DNA of 64,000 bases, taken from a bacterium. GTDB lineage: Bacteria; SAR324; NAC60-12. Positions within the stretch are counted from its first letter, which is position 1, and the number at the start of each line of letters is the position of its first letter. The stretch lies in assembly GCA_965209155.1 (NCBI GenBank), contig OZ242383.1, positions 64,001 through 128,000 of the forward strand, read 5' to 3'. The position numbers and the translations under genes were made by a program. Below are positions 43,536-52,803 of the stretch, in pieces. Under the pieces are notes generated by a model, which had not been told where the DNA came from, ran no database searches, and saw nothing but the letters and a program-made list of their open reading frames with translations.

Positions 43536-45188
43536 ATGCATGTTGTAGAAAATATATCCAAAGTTGGGAAAAAAATTTACCACTCCGTTTTGCTTCGGGA
43601 ATCCTACCGTGAAAATGGTAAGGTCAAAAAGCAGACCCTTGCCGATCTTTCCCATTGCACTGCTGAGGAAATTGCCGCCATCAAGCTGGCTCTGAAAAAT
43701 AAGGGTGATCCGGGTGCGCCGGAGTCGATCAAAGAGGAAGTCGAGTTAAAAGAAGGTCGCTCAGTTGGGGTGGTATGGACCCTTTATCAATTGGCCAAAA
43801 CTCTGGGAATGGAGAAAGCATTAGGGAAAACTTTTTCCGGAAAGTTGGCCCTCTGGCAGGTAATGGCCCGCCTCATCGATCAAGGCCCCGTCCTCTCTGC
43901 TGCGCGCTTGGCCAAAACGCATGAGGTGGGTTCGCTCTTAGGGTTCGCTCGCGGTTTTGATGAAAAAGATCTCTATGAGAATCTTCAATGGCTCGCCAAT
44001 AATCCAGTCCTGATCGAACAGGCGCTTTTCTCCCAGAGGCAAGCAGAGCGCTCGGTGGACCTCTTTTTCTACGATGTGACCAGCAGTTATTTAGAAGGAG
44101 AAGGCAACTTTTTTGAGCCCTATGGCTATAATCGCGATGGCAAGAAAGGCAAAGAACAAATCGTGATGGGATTGCTGTGTGACTGTCAAGGAGACCCGGT
44201 CTCTGCGGGGGTCCACGAGGTAAATACCCAAGATCCCCAAATCTTTGCCTCTCATTTGAAAACACTTGCCCGGTTCTTTGGTTGCCAAACAATCACTTTT
44301 GTCGGAGACCGGGGAATTATTAAAAGTATTCAGATTGCGGATCTACCAAAAGGATTTTATTATATTACCGCCATCACCCAACCCCAAATTCACACCCTGA
44401 TCCAAAAAGGACTGATCCACCCGGGTCTTTTTGATGAACAACCCTGTGAAGTGCAAAAGAAAGCGGTGCGTTACCTCCTGAAGCGCAATCCGATCCAAGC
44501 TCGGGAAATGAAGGAGACTCGTCTCTCTAATCAGCACGCTCTGGAAGCATTGCTCCACAGAAAAAATCTTTATCTCAAGGAGCATTCGAGGGCCAAACCG
44601 GCCACCGCCCTCAAAGCAGTCGAAGGGAAGATCAACGAGCTCAAAGTGGATAAATGGCTGCGCATTCAACAACAAGGAAGAACCTTGAGTTTAGTGCCGG
44701 ATCAAGAGGCTCTGAAAGAAGAAGCACTCTTGGATGGATGCTACGTCATTCAAACCAACCTGCCAAAGAAGAAGGCTGACCAGAAGATGGTTCTTGATCG
44801 TTACCGGGATTCAGCTCAAGTCGAAAAGGCCTTCCGCTCTTCTAAAACCTCCCGTCTGAAAGTGCGACCCTTTTATGCGCAGAGGGAAAAAAATACTTGC
44901 GGACGTGCCTTGGTCCTCATGTTGGCTTACCTGTTGCTTCGCCGCTTACAGCAAGCTTGGGAAGGCCTTGATTTGACTGCTGCAGAAGGACTGAAACAAC
45001 TGGCGACTCTTGGTGCCATCGAAGTGAAACTCAAAGGACAGGGAAGTTATCTCAAAATTCCAACTCCCCGTGAAGATTCCCAGAAACTATTGGAAGCCCT
45101 CAACATAAGGCTCCCTCATGCTTTACCTCATCGAAAAGTGACTGTAGTCACTAGAAAAAAGCGCATAAATGATCGATCAATCTATTAA
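43536..45188 (+). CDS. IS1634-family DDE transposase (intact ORF)
   Basis: LLRESYRENGKVK, YDVTSSYLEG, GYNRDGKKG..QI, FVGDRG, LDGCYVIQT, VEKAFR..K. Confidence 0.92.
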   Translation: MHVVENISKVGKKIYHSVLLRESYRENGKVKKQTLADLSHCTAEEIAAIKLALKNKGDPGAPESIKEEVELKEGRSVGVVWTLYQLAKTLGMEKALGKTFSGKLALWQVMARLIDQGPVLSAARLAKTHEVGSLLGFARGFDEKDLYENLQWLANNPVLIEQALFSQRQAERSVDLFFYDVTSSYLEGEGNFFEPYGYNRDGKKGKEQIVMGLLCDCQGDPVSAGVHEVNTQDPQIFASHLKTLARFFGCQTITFVGDRGIIKSIQIADLPKGFYYITAITQPQIHTLIQKGLIHPGLFDEQPCEVQKKAVRYLLKRNPIQAREMKETRLSNQHALEALLHRKNLYLKEHSRAKPATALKAVEGKINELKVDKWLRIQQQGRTLSLVPDQEALKEEALLDGCYVIQTNLPKKKADQKMVLDRYRDSAQVEKAFRSSKTSRLKVRPFYAQREKNTCGRALVLMLAYLLLRRLQQAWEGLDLTAAEGLKQLATLGAIEVKLKGQGSYLKIPTPREDSQKLLEALNIRLPHALPHRKVTVVTRKKRINDRSIY

Positions 45189-45287
45189 ATATCAGTTATT
45201 TAAATCTTAATCAGCCCTCATCATCAGGGGTGAAGATCCATTCAAACGAGATTTTTCACTTAAAATCCTGTTTTTTAGTCTAAAAAA

Positions 45288-45530
45288 AAGGCACAAGGGG
45301 AAGGCACAAAGGCACAAAGGCACTGAGGGAAGGCACAAAGGCACAAAGGCACAAAGGCACAAAGGGGGGAAGGCACAAAGGCACAAAGGCACTGAGGGAA
45401 GGCACAAAGGCACAAAGGCACAAAGGCACAAAGGGGGGAAGGCATAAAGGCACAGAGGTAGACTGGATTCCTCGTCAAGCCAGGAAGGACACAAGAGGAA
45501 GGCACAAAGGCACAAAGGCACAAAGGGGGG
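45288..45530 (+). repeat. (AAGGCACA)n octamer tandem-repeat mosaic
   Basis: Blocks of 2-4 GGCACAAA separated by GGGGGGAA / CTGAGGGAA. Confidence 0.92.
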
Positions 45531-45650
45531 ATTGGAGTCCTGCTCAAGACAGGAAGGTTGGAAATCCTTTCTATGGAGACGATTCGACGATCCGCTTGGC
45601 CGTGAACCGCTCGAGAAAACAATTGAAGGAATCCGAGGGGCTCCATAATC

Positions 45651-46698
45651 AATCAGAGGAACTGAAACTTCAAATACTTGCTTGAAGTTCCAAACTTACA
45701 AGCCTGACACTTTTTTGATCAACGTCATCTCGTAACTCACTTTATAAATCGATTCTGCCAATTCAAGAGCTTGAAGTATTCTGAGATTCTACTGACAAGA
45801 CCGGATCTACGGGGGCTCGATGAATTGCATTGGATCATTTATGCGTTGGGATGCGGCCATCTTCAAAGTCAATGAAATAGTCCTTTTTCACCTGACAAGA
45901 ACTATTGCTTCATGCTAAAGAATCGCTCTCTGTCGATTCTACGGATTCGGGATGCCCTGTTCAGTTCAGCTGAGGCTGTTGAGAGAAAGTCATCACCACC
46001 GGCAGAACCGGTGGCTTGAAGAGGCCCCCAGGATGAGGGCAAAACGTGTTCGTCATCGTAAGACGTGCTCGTGCTCGTGAACGAAAAAGACTGCCATGTT
46101 AGATCATGAAAAACTCGATGTATACCAATGTTCCATCGAATTTTTAGCGTTACCTGTCCAAGTCGTCGAAACATTGCCAAAAGGATACTCAGCCTTAGTT
46201 GACCAACAGAAAAGGGCCTCATGGTCGATTATTTGACGAAGGGAAACAGTTACTTCATCGCATTGTTTCTATGTTAACCAAAATGTGCCGTCGAATTCAC
46301 TGACCGTTCACGAGCACGAGCACGGCTAACGGACACGGATACGTTTCTCATGTCTGACCGGCAAAGCCTATTAGGTTCGCACCAGCAGAGCTGGTGGTTT
46401 AATGAGATCAATCAGAGGAACTGAAACGTCAAATTCCTGCTTGAAGTTCCAAACATCCAAGCCTGACACGTTTTTGATAGACGTCCTCTCGTAACTCTCT
46501 TTAAAAAATCGATTCTGCCAATTCAAGAGCTTTAAGTATTCTGAGATTCTACTGACAAGACCGGATCTACGGGGGCTCGATGAATTGCATTGGATCATTT
46601 ATGCGTTGGGATGCGGCCATCTTCAAAGTCAATGAAATTATCCTTTTTCACCTGACAAGAACTATTGCTTCATGCTAAAAATCGCTCTCTGTGGATTC
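45651..46698 (+). repeat. ~290-bp direct repeats (45651-45940 and 46410-46698), each beginning with a RAYT 3' end
   Basis: Shared ATCAGAGGAACTGAAAC...CAAGCCTGACAC...GATCTACGGGGGCTCGATG...AATCGCTCTCTGT. Confidence 0.85.
45989..46410 (-). mobile_element. Four-helix IS200/IS605-type element, copy 4 (same deletion as copy 3)
   Basis: GTCATCACCACCGGC...GGTTTAATGAGATCA; identical deletion junction ATGGTCGA^TTATTTGACG. Confidence 0.88.
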
Positions 46699-47022
46699 TC
46701 TCGCTACCTGTCCGGGTGGAACGATATTCCCATGGTCTGCTGAAGGCGATGATTCCAAATGATCAGTCGGAAGAATGATGAAGAGAGGTCGTAAATAATG
46801 AGCCATGTAAAAAAAAACTTGACATTGTCAGAATTTTATAGTATTAATGCGTCAATAATTAAATGGTACATGCAAAAAAGGGCACCCATAATCAACGGCG
46901 CGTTTTTATGCACCAGTCGTGCGTGATACTCTGAAGGTGTGGAGTGAGACGCAAAATTGGGGATAGTAGGAAGTTTTGTAAATTCCCTGTCAGTATTTTG
47001 ATTTTTTTTAAGGATGAAAAAA

Positions 47023-47415
47023 ATGGCAAGAAATACGAAATTGAACCTGAAAATACAAAGAAAAATTTGCGATGCTCTGAAACGAGGGCACTACATGAGA
47101 ACTGCGGCTCCGCTAGCCGGCGTATCCGCACGAAGCGCGCAAAGCTGGCTGGCGCGAGGGCAGGCGGAAGAAAAACGTAGGGCCAGTGGGGATGGTGCGG
47201 ACCCAAAGGAAGCAATTTACCTGGATTTTATGCTCGCGACTGAAGAAGCGACGTCGCACGCGGTGGATATCGCCTTACAGACATTGACATCTGAGATTGC
47301 AAAAAACTCCAAGGCGGCGCAATGGTACTTGTCCCACCGTTTCTCCGGAAGCTGGGTGGGGATCGAAGAGTTGGAAGAGCGGATCGTGAAACTGGAAGCA
47401 GCTTCGGAAGAGTAA
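47023..47415 (+). CDS. Phage-type HTH protein, terminase-small-subunit-like
   Basis: MAR.TKL....Q.KIC.AL..G.Y...AA..AGVS......WL.RG...F....E.A...KAA.WYL..RF...W pattern common in phage packaging regions. Confidence 0.55.
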   Translation: MARNTKLNLKIQRKICDALKRGHYMRTAAPLAGVSARSAQSWLARGQAEEKRRASGDGADPKEAIYLDFMLATEEATSHAVDIALQTLTSEIAKNSKAAQWYLSHRFSGSWVGIEELEERIVKLEAASEE

Positions 47416-47419
47416 TAGG

Positions 47420-47920
47420 ATGAGATTGACAAAGGCTAAAATGCGTGAATTGTTTAAGCGCGTGGCAAAACTGGAAAATAAGAAAAAGTCAAAGCCAGCA
47501 CTGGAAGAAATACTCTGTACTGCTAAAAGGTGTGATCATGCCGGGGTCGAGTGCAAATGTACCTGCGAGAATCATATTGCGGAGAGTTTAGAAGAGTTTG
47601 TGGCAAGACCGGTAAATTGCATTTGCCGGCAGTTTCACAAACCCCCCATAATACCTTGCGGATGCGTGAGTATGGAAGAGTTGAACAGTATTGAAGGTTA
47701 TTCTATTTCAATTGATCTTGATTGGTCTTTAGTAGATAACTATTCGAAATTACGGCAAATAGTGCCGGGTATGTTCCGTTTTGATTGCAACCAAAATATG
47801 GATTCATTTAAGATATGTAGAAGGGATAATGAGATAATAAAAAAGGTTGAAGGAAGAGTAGAAATACTAGCTGAGATTCCCTATAAGAAACTCCTGGCAC
47901 GCTACGGTGTGAGTCCGTAG
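47420..47920 (+). CDS. Cys/His-rich hypothetical protein
   Basis: Starts 4 bp after the upstream stop; C..KRCDH...CKCTC..H...CIC..FH...CGC cluster. Confidence 0.6.
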   Translation: MRLTKAKMRELFKRVAKLENKKKSKPALEEILCTAKRCDHAGVECKCTCENHIAESLEEFVARPVNCICRQFHKPPIIPCGCVSMEELNSIEGYSISIDLDWSLVDNYSKLRQIVPGMFRFDCNQNMDSFKICRRDNEIIKKVEGRVEILAEIPYKKLLARYGVSP

Positions 47921-47930
47921 ATGCCCTCTA

Positions 47931-49770
47931 TGTCATTCTCGCGAAACTTGTCCCCGCGAAACTTGTCCCTGCGAAAGCAGGGAGCAGGGAGCAGGAATCC
48001 TGAATGTCTTGAGCGCCCCTGGATTCCGGGTCTGGGCCCGGAATGACACAAGGGGGGGAAGGGGGGAAGGCACAAAGGCACAAAGGCACAAAGGCACAAA
48101 GGGGGGAAGGACTCAAAGGCAGAATGGATTCCGGGTCTGGGACCGGAATGACACAAGGGGAAGGCACAAAGGCACAAAGGCACAAAGGGGGGAAGGCACA
48201 AAGGCACAAAGGCACAAAGGGGGGAAGGACTCAAAGGCAGGCTGGATTCCTGGATTGGGGTTTTTCGCCGGGAATGACATGCTCCTGGATTGGGGTTTTT
48301 CGCCGGGAATGACGCGTATTTGGCCGTTTTTTGCACGGAATGACACGCTTAAGGAATTCAGAAGAGGAGATCGGATTTTCAGGTCGAGTGAAGAAACTGA
48401 AGAAATACCAGGCAATATTCCGCGCAAGCAGGAATCCTGGATGTCTTGAGCGCCCCTGGATTCCGGGTCTGGGCCCGGAATGACACGTTCCTGTATTGGT
48501 GGTCTTAGCCCGGAATGACATGCTTTTGGATTGGGGTTTTTCGTCGGAAATGACACGTTTTTGGCCGTTTTTTGCACGAAATGACACGTTTTTGGCCGTT
48601 TTTTGCACGGAATGGCAGCTTTTAGCTATTCAGAAGAGGAGATCGGATTTTCAGGTCGAGTGAAGAAACTGAAGAAATACCAGGCAATATTCCGCGCAAG
48701 CAGGAATCCTGAATGTCTTGAGCGCCCCTGGATTCCGGGTCTGGGCCCGGAATGACACATTCCTGGATTCGGGTTTTTAGCCGTGAATGACATGCTCCTG
48801 GATGGCTGTTTTTTGCCGGAAATGACACGTTTTTGGCCGTTTTTGGCCGGAATTGACACACTTTTGGCCGTTTTTTGCCCGGAATGACAAAAGGGGAAGG
48901 CACAAAGGGGGGAAGGACTCAAAGGCAGGCTGGATTCCGGGTCTGGGTCAAGAATGACACAAGGGGAAGGCACAAAGGCACAAGGGGAAGGCACAAAGGC
49001 ACAAAGGCACAAAGGCACAAAGGGGGGAAGGACTCAAAGGCAGGCTGGATTCCTGGATTGGGGTTTTTCGCCGGGAATGACACAAGGGGAAGGCACAGAG
49101 GCAGAATGGAGTCCTCGTCAAGCCAGGAAGGACACAAGGGGAAGGCACAAAGGGGGGAAGGCACAAAGGCACAAAGGCACAAAGGGGGGAAGGACTCAAA
49201 GGCAGGCTGGATTCCTGGATTGGGGTTTTTCGCCGGAAATGACACGTTTTTGGCCGTTTTTTGCCTGTAATGACACGCACTTGGCTGTTTTTTTGCCGGA
49301 ATGACACAAGGGGAAGGCACAAAGGCACAAAGGCACAAAGGCACAGAGGCAGACTGTATTCCTGGTCTGGGCCAAGAATGACACAAGGGGAAGGCACAAA
49401 GGCACAAAGGCACAAAGGCACAAAGGGGGGAAGGACTCAAAGGCAGGCTGGATTCCTGGATTGGGGTTTTTCGCCGGAAATGACACGTTTTTGGCCGTTT
49501 TTTGCCTGTAATGACACGCACTTGGCTGTTTTTTTGCCGGAATGACACAAGGGGAAGGCACAAAGGCACAAAGGCACAAAGGCACAAAGGGGGGAAGGAC
49601 TCAAAGGCAGGCTGGATTCCGGGTCTGGGCCCGGAATGACACGTTTCTGGATTGGGGTTTTTCGCCGGGAATGACATGCTCCTGGATTGGTGTTTTTTGG
49701 CCGGAATGACACGTTTTTGGCCGTTTTTTGCCTGTAATGACACGCACTTGGATTGGGGTTTTTCGCCTTT
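47931..49770 (+). repeat. 1.8-kb mosaic of GGATTCC...GGAATGACAC palindromic units and AAGGCACA octamers
   Basis: Recurring GGATTCCGGGTCTGGGCCCGGAATGAC, GGATTGGGGTTTTTCGCCGGGAATGAC, TTTTTGGCCGTTTTTTG; 48357-48490 is duplicated at 48628-48760. Confidence 0.92.
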
Positions 49771-49860
49771 TATGAGGTCATGCTGGAGAGTTTGGAAAAA
49801 GTCGAATTCAGGTTATTCATAAATTCGAATCGCTTGGAATTCAAAAAATGAGAGGTAGCC

Positions 49861-50685
49861 ATGACAACACTTGAAGGGAAGGTCGCCCTGATTACCGGAG
49901 GGGGACGCGGGATCGGACGCGGAATCGCCATGGCGCTGGCAAAAGCCGGAGCCGACATCGCGATCACCGACGTTGATCAAATCGCCAGTGCGGAGCAGCA
50001 ATACGGAACAGAGGAGATTGGCGGTTTGAACGCGGCTCAAAAGACCCGGGACGAAATCACGGCCATGGGTCGACGGGCCATCGCCATGCACGCTGATGTG
50101 AGAAAGAAAGCAGACACGCAAGGTATGGTGGCGGAAACCGTGCGGCAACTCGGCGCTCTGAATATCCTCGTTTGCAATGCCGGGGTTATCAGTATATCCA
50201 CAGTTGAGGAGTTGAGTGAGGAAAGCTGGGACCTGATCCTGGACGTGAACGCCAAAGGGGTGTTCCTCTCGTGTCAGGCAGCCATTCCGGTTTTGAAAAG
50301 CCAGGACGCCGGAGGCTGTATCATCAACATCGCCTCCGATGCGGGGAAGAATGGCAACGTTCGATTGGCGCACTACTGCGCCTCGAAATTTGCCGTGGTC
50401 GGTTTCACAAATGCCCTTGCGAAAGAGCTGGCGCCCGACGATATCCGGGTCAATGCGATTTGTCCGGGAATCCTCCGTACGCAGATGTGGGAGTACCTGG
50501 CGGATGGATTCAGGCAGGAAAACGAAACCAAAGAGCAATCCTGGCAGCGACTCGTGCGGACCGTGATCCCGCTCGGCCGCCCGCAAACCCCGGAAGACAT
50601 CGGTCAGATGGCAGTCTACCTGGCCTGCGCAAAAAACGTCACCGGGCAGGCAGTCAACGTGGATGGAGGCAACCAGTTGCACTGA
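49861..50685 (+). CDS. Short-chain dehydrogenase/reductase (NAD-dependent)
   Basis: TGGGRGIG, CNAG, YCASK, VNAICPG, VDGG; GAGAGG RBS. Confidence 0.95.
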   Translation: MTTLEGKVALITGGGRGIGRGIAMALAKAGADIAITDVDQIASAEQQYGTEEIGGLNAAQKTRDEITAMGRRAIAMHADVRKKADTQGMVAETVRQLGALNILVCNAGVISISTVEELSEESWDLILDVNAKGVFLSCQAAIPVLKSQDAGGCIINIASDAGKNGNVRLAHYCASKFAVVGFTNALAKELAPDDIRVNAICPGILRTQMWEYLADGFRQENETKEQSWQRLVRTVIPLGRPQTPEDIGQMAVYLACAKNVTGQAVNVDGGNQLH

Positions 50686-50686
50686 T

Positions 50687-51805
50687 TCAGGATTCAAATC
50701 GGAACGCATTCAAACGCTCCGGATGGAAAGGGGCGATATCGACCGTGGAGGTCTGACCGTCTACGATCAATTCTGCCATTGCTTCGCCAGTGGCGGGTCC
50801 ATTGAGCATTCCCCAGACACTGTGCCCGGTTGCCACGAATGCCCCTTCCACTCCAGGCACGGGTCCGATCAAGGGCAGACCATCTTCGGTAATGGGACGA
50901 TAGCAGGCCTGCCCGGCCAAGACTTCCGACTTTCCCAATTGCGGGGCGAAGGTCGTCGTTATGGCGCGCAAGCGGTCACATGCGCCCGCTTCCACGTTTA
51001 CCCTGGAGGGATCGATGGGTAAGGGCTCATCACCGGACAAGCCGCAAACGTAGGTGGTGCCATCGCTCCGGGGCATCACTTCCGGGTGAACGCCGGCGTC
51101 GGTTTCGATCTCTACAAAGAGCGCACGGGGTTCGGGCGGTGCGTAACGGAAGACCAGGCTATGGCCCTTGAGACCATAAATGGCGGGTAACGGCAACCAC
51201 CGGCATGCGAGAATCGACCAAGGCCCCATTGCGATGACCACCTTAGCCGTTTCCAGCATTTCGTTGTCGACCCATACGCCTTTCACTCGTCGGCCACTGG
51301 GATCCAAGACGACCTCTCGCACCACGCCCGAGAGATGGCGCGCGCCTCTCGCTTCGGCTGCCGTCATCATCCCTCGCGTGAATTCCGCCGGGTTCACTTG
51401 AGCCGTCGTCTCCTCCGTTCCGATCCGCGCGTGGACCACTGCATGGGGCGCGAGCCAGCCTGGCGATTTCATGCGGGCCCATTTGCTGAGATCACGACCT
51501 TCACTGGCAACAACGCTCAAGGTGTCCAAGCGACGGTAACCCCAATCCAAATTCATTTCGGACCCGAGGGTCGATGCCAATTCCCCATGGAGAGAAAAAC
51601 TATGCCGCGCCAGGGCATCGACAGGCGTCCCCTAGCACCAGTCGAGCGCGAGGAAACCGCCTGATTTACCGGAGGCGGCATTGGCAATCGCCGTGCGTTC
51701 GACGACGAGCGTTTCCACGTTCCGGAGGCTGAGAAAATAAGCGATCGATGCTCCAATAACGCCTCCCCCGCAAATTACGACTCGTGGTGGATGGTTTGAG
51801 GACAT
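50687..51805 (-). pseudogene. FAD-dependent oxidoreductase (DAO family) with in-frame TAG at 51632-51634
   Basis: Manual translation MSSNHPPRVVICGGGVIGAS...ASGKSGGFLALDWC*GTP continues in frame into ORF 50687..51580 (GHSVWG..NGPATG). Confidence 0.88.
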
Positions 51806-51867
51806 ATTCCTGCTCGTAGTGATAAAAATGAGATTCCTGTTTGAATTCAGCGATTACATCAACGGAT

Positions 51868-52653
51868 TCAACGCTTTCCCTGGTAATGCCGGTACATCTT
51901 TCGTATGACTGCAAGGATTTCCGGAGCGTTGACAAGGTAGCGTTTTTTTGTTTGTTCTTCGATTTCTCGAGGAATCCCATGGAGCGCCTCGGCAATCGGA
52001 CCCGCAATGGCGGCGAGGGTGTCGGCATCGCCCCCGAGGGAGACCGCATTGCGCACCGCATCTTCAAAACTATCCGATTCCAGCGCGCAGGTGATCGCCT
52101 CCGGCACGGTGCGCTGGCAAGTCTCGTTAAAACAGTAACCAGGCCGAATTTGGTCTACAGTCCGGGTCAGGTCATAGCCGTATTCGGTGGTGATGACTTC
52201 CCGGATGGACATTGCGTTCTTGGCTTGAAAGGCGAGCCAGATGGCGTGCGTAGTCGCTCGCGCGCCTTTGATGCCTTCGGGGTGATCGTGGGTGATGGCG
52301 GTTACTTTGTCGGAAGCGACGAGTGCCGCATCCAAGTCGTCCCGGTTGAAGAATGCTGCGGGTGAAACGCGCATCGCGGCTCCATTCCCGTAACTACAGT
52401 AAGGTTTTGGTTGATCGCAATCAATCCAGTCACTGAAGTAACCGCCGTAGCCGCGCCCCGGAAAACGGCGGCACCACTCTTGCAGCGTTTCCGCCGGCGG
52501 GACTTCGCGCATCAGAATGTCCGCCACCGCCGCGGTGCAAACCGAATCGTCCGTAAAATCACAGTCATCCCCGAAAAAAGCGAATTCCTTTGTTTTGATT
52601 CGGTGCCACTCATAGATGGAACCGACAATGTCTCCGATAATGGCGCCCAGCAT
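51868..52653 (-). CDS. ADP-ribosylglycohydrolase family protein
   Basis: GAIIGDIVGS, FTDDS, SYGNGAAMR, THDHP, GGDADT. Confidence 0.93.
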   Translation of the reverse strand: MLGAIIGDIVGSIYEWHRIKTKEFAFFGDDCDFTDDSVCTAAVADILMREVPPAETLQEWCRRFPGRGYGGYFSDWIDCDQPKPYCSYGNGAAMRVSPAAFFNRDDLDAALVASDKVTAITHDHPEGIKGARATTHAIWLAFQAKNAMSIREVITTEYGYDLTRTVDQIRPGYCFNETCQRTVPEAITCALESDSFEDAVRNAVSLGGDADTLAAIAGPIAEALHGIPREIEEQTKKRYLVNAPEILAVIRKMYRHYQGKR

Positions 52654-52803
52654 TTTCTCTCCAATTTGCGAATCGACTTTCAGAACTTCAGGGTATTGTA
52701 CCCAACCCTGGATCGCGGATCAAGTACAGGATGACACATCATTTTTTAAATAACGGGGTTACAGCAGGTCGTTTTACCCGTATTGTACGTTTACCTGCCC
52801 GAT

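Larger units (their letters stand above)
43389..45239 (+). mobile_element. IS1634-family IS
   Basis: Inverted ends GGATCTTCACCCC / GGGGTGAAGATCC; internal TGTAGTCACTA boxes at ~43462 and ~45143. Confidence 0.82.

Noticed and set aside
13813..46700. Integron cassette array
   Set aside because: No IntI tyrosine recombinase and no RYYYAAC...GTTRRRY attC pattern at the cassette borders.
45207..49743. ORFs rich in LCAFVP / GTKAQRHK repeats
   Set aside because: Translations of stop-poor DNA tandem repeats, open in several frames.
51632..51634. Amber read-through or recoding in the DAO gene
   Set aside because: TAG terminates normal genes here (cas2, cas7), other lesions use TAA/TGA, and no pyl genes are visible; a nonsense mutation is simpler.
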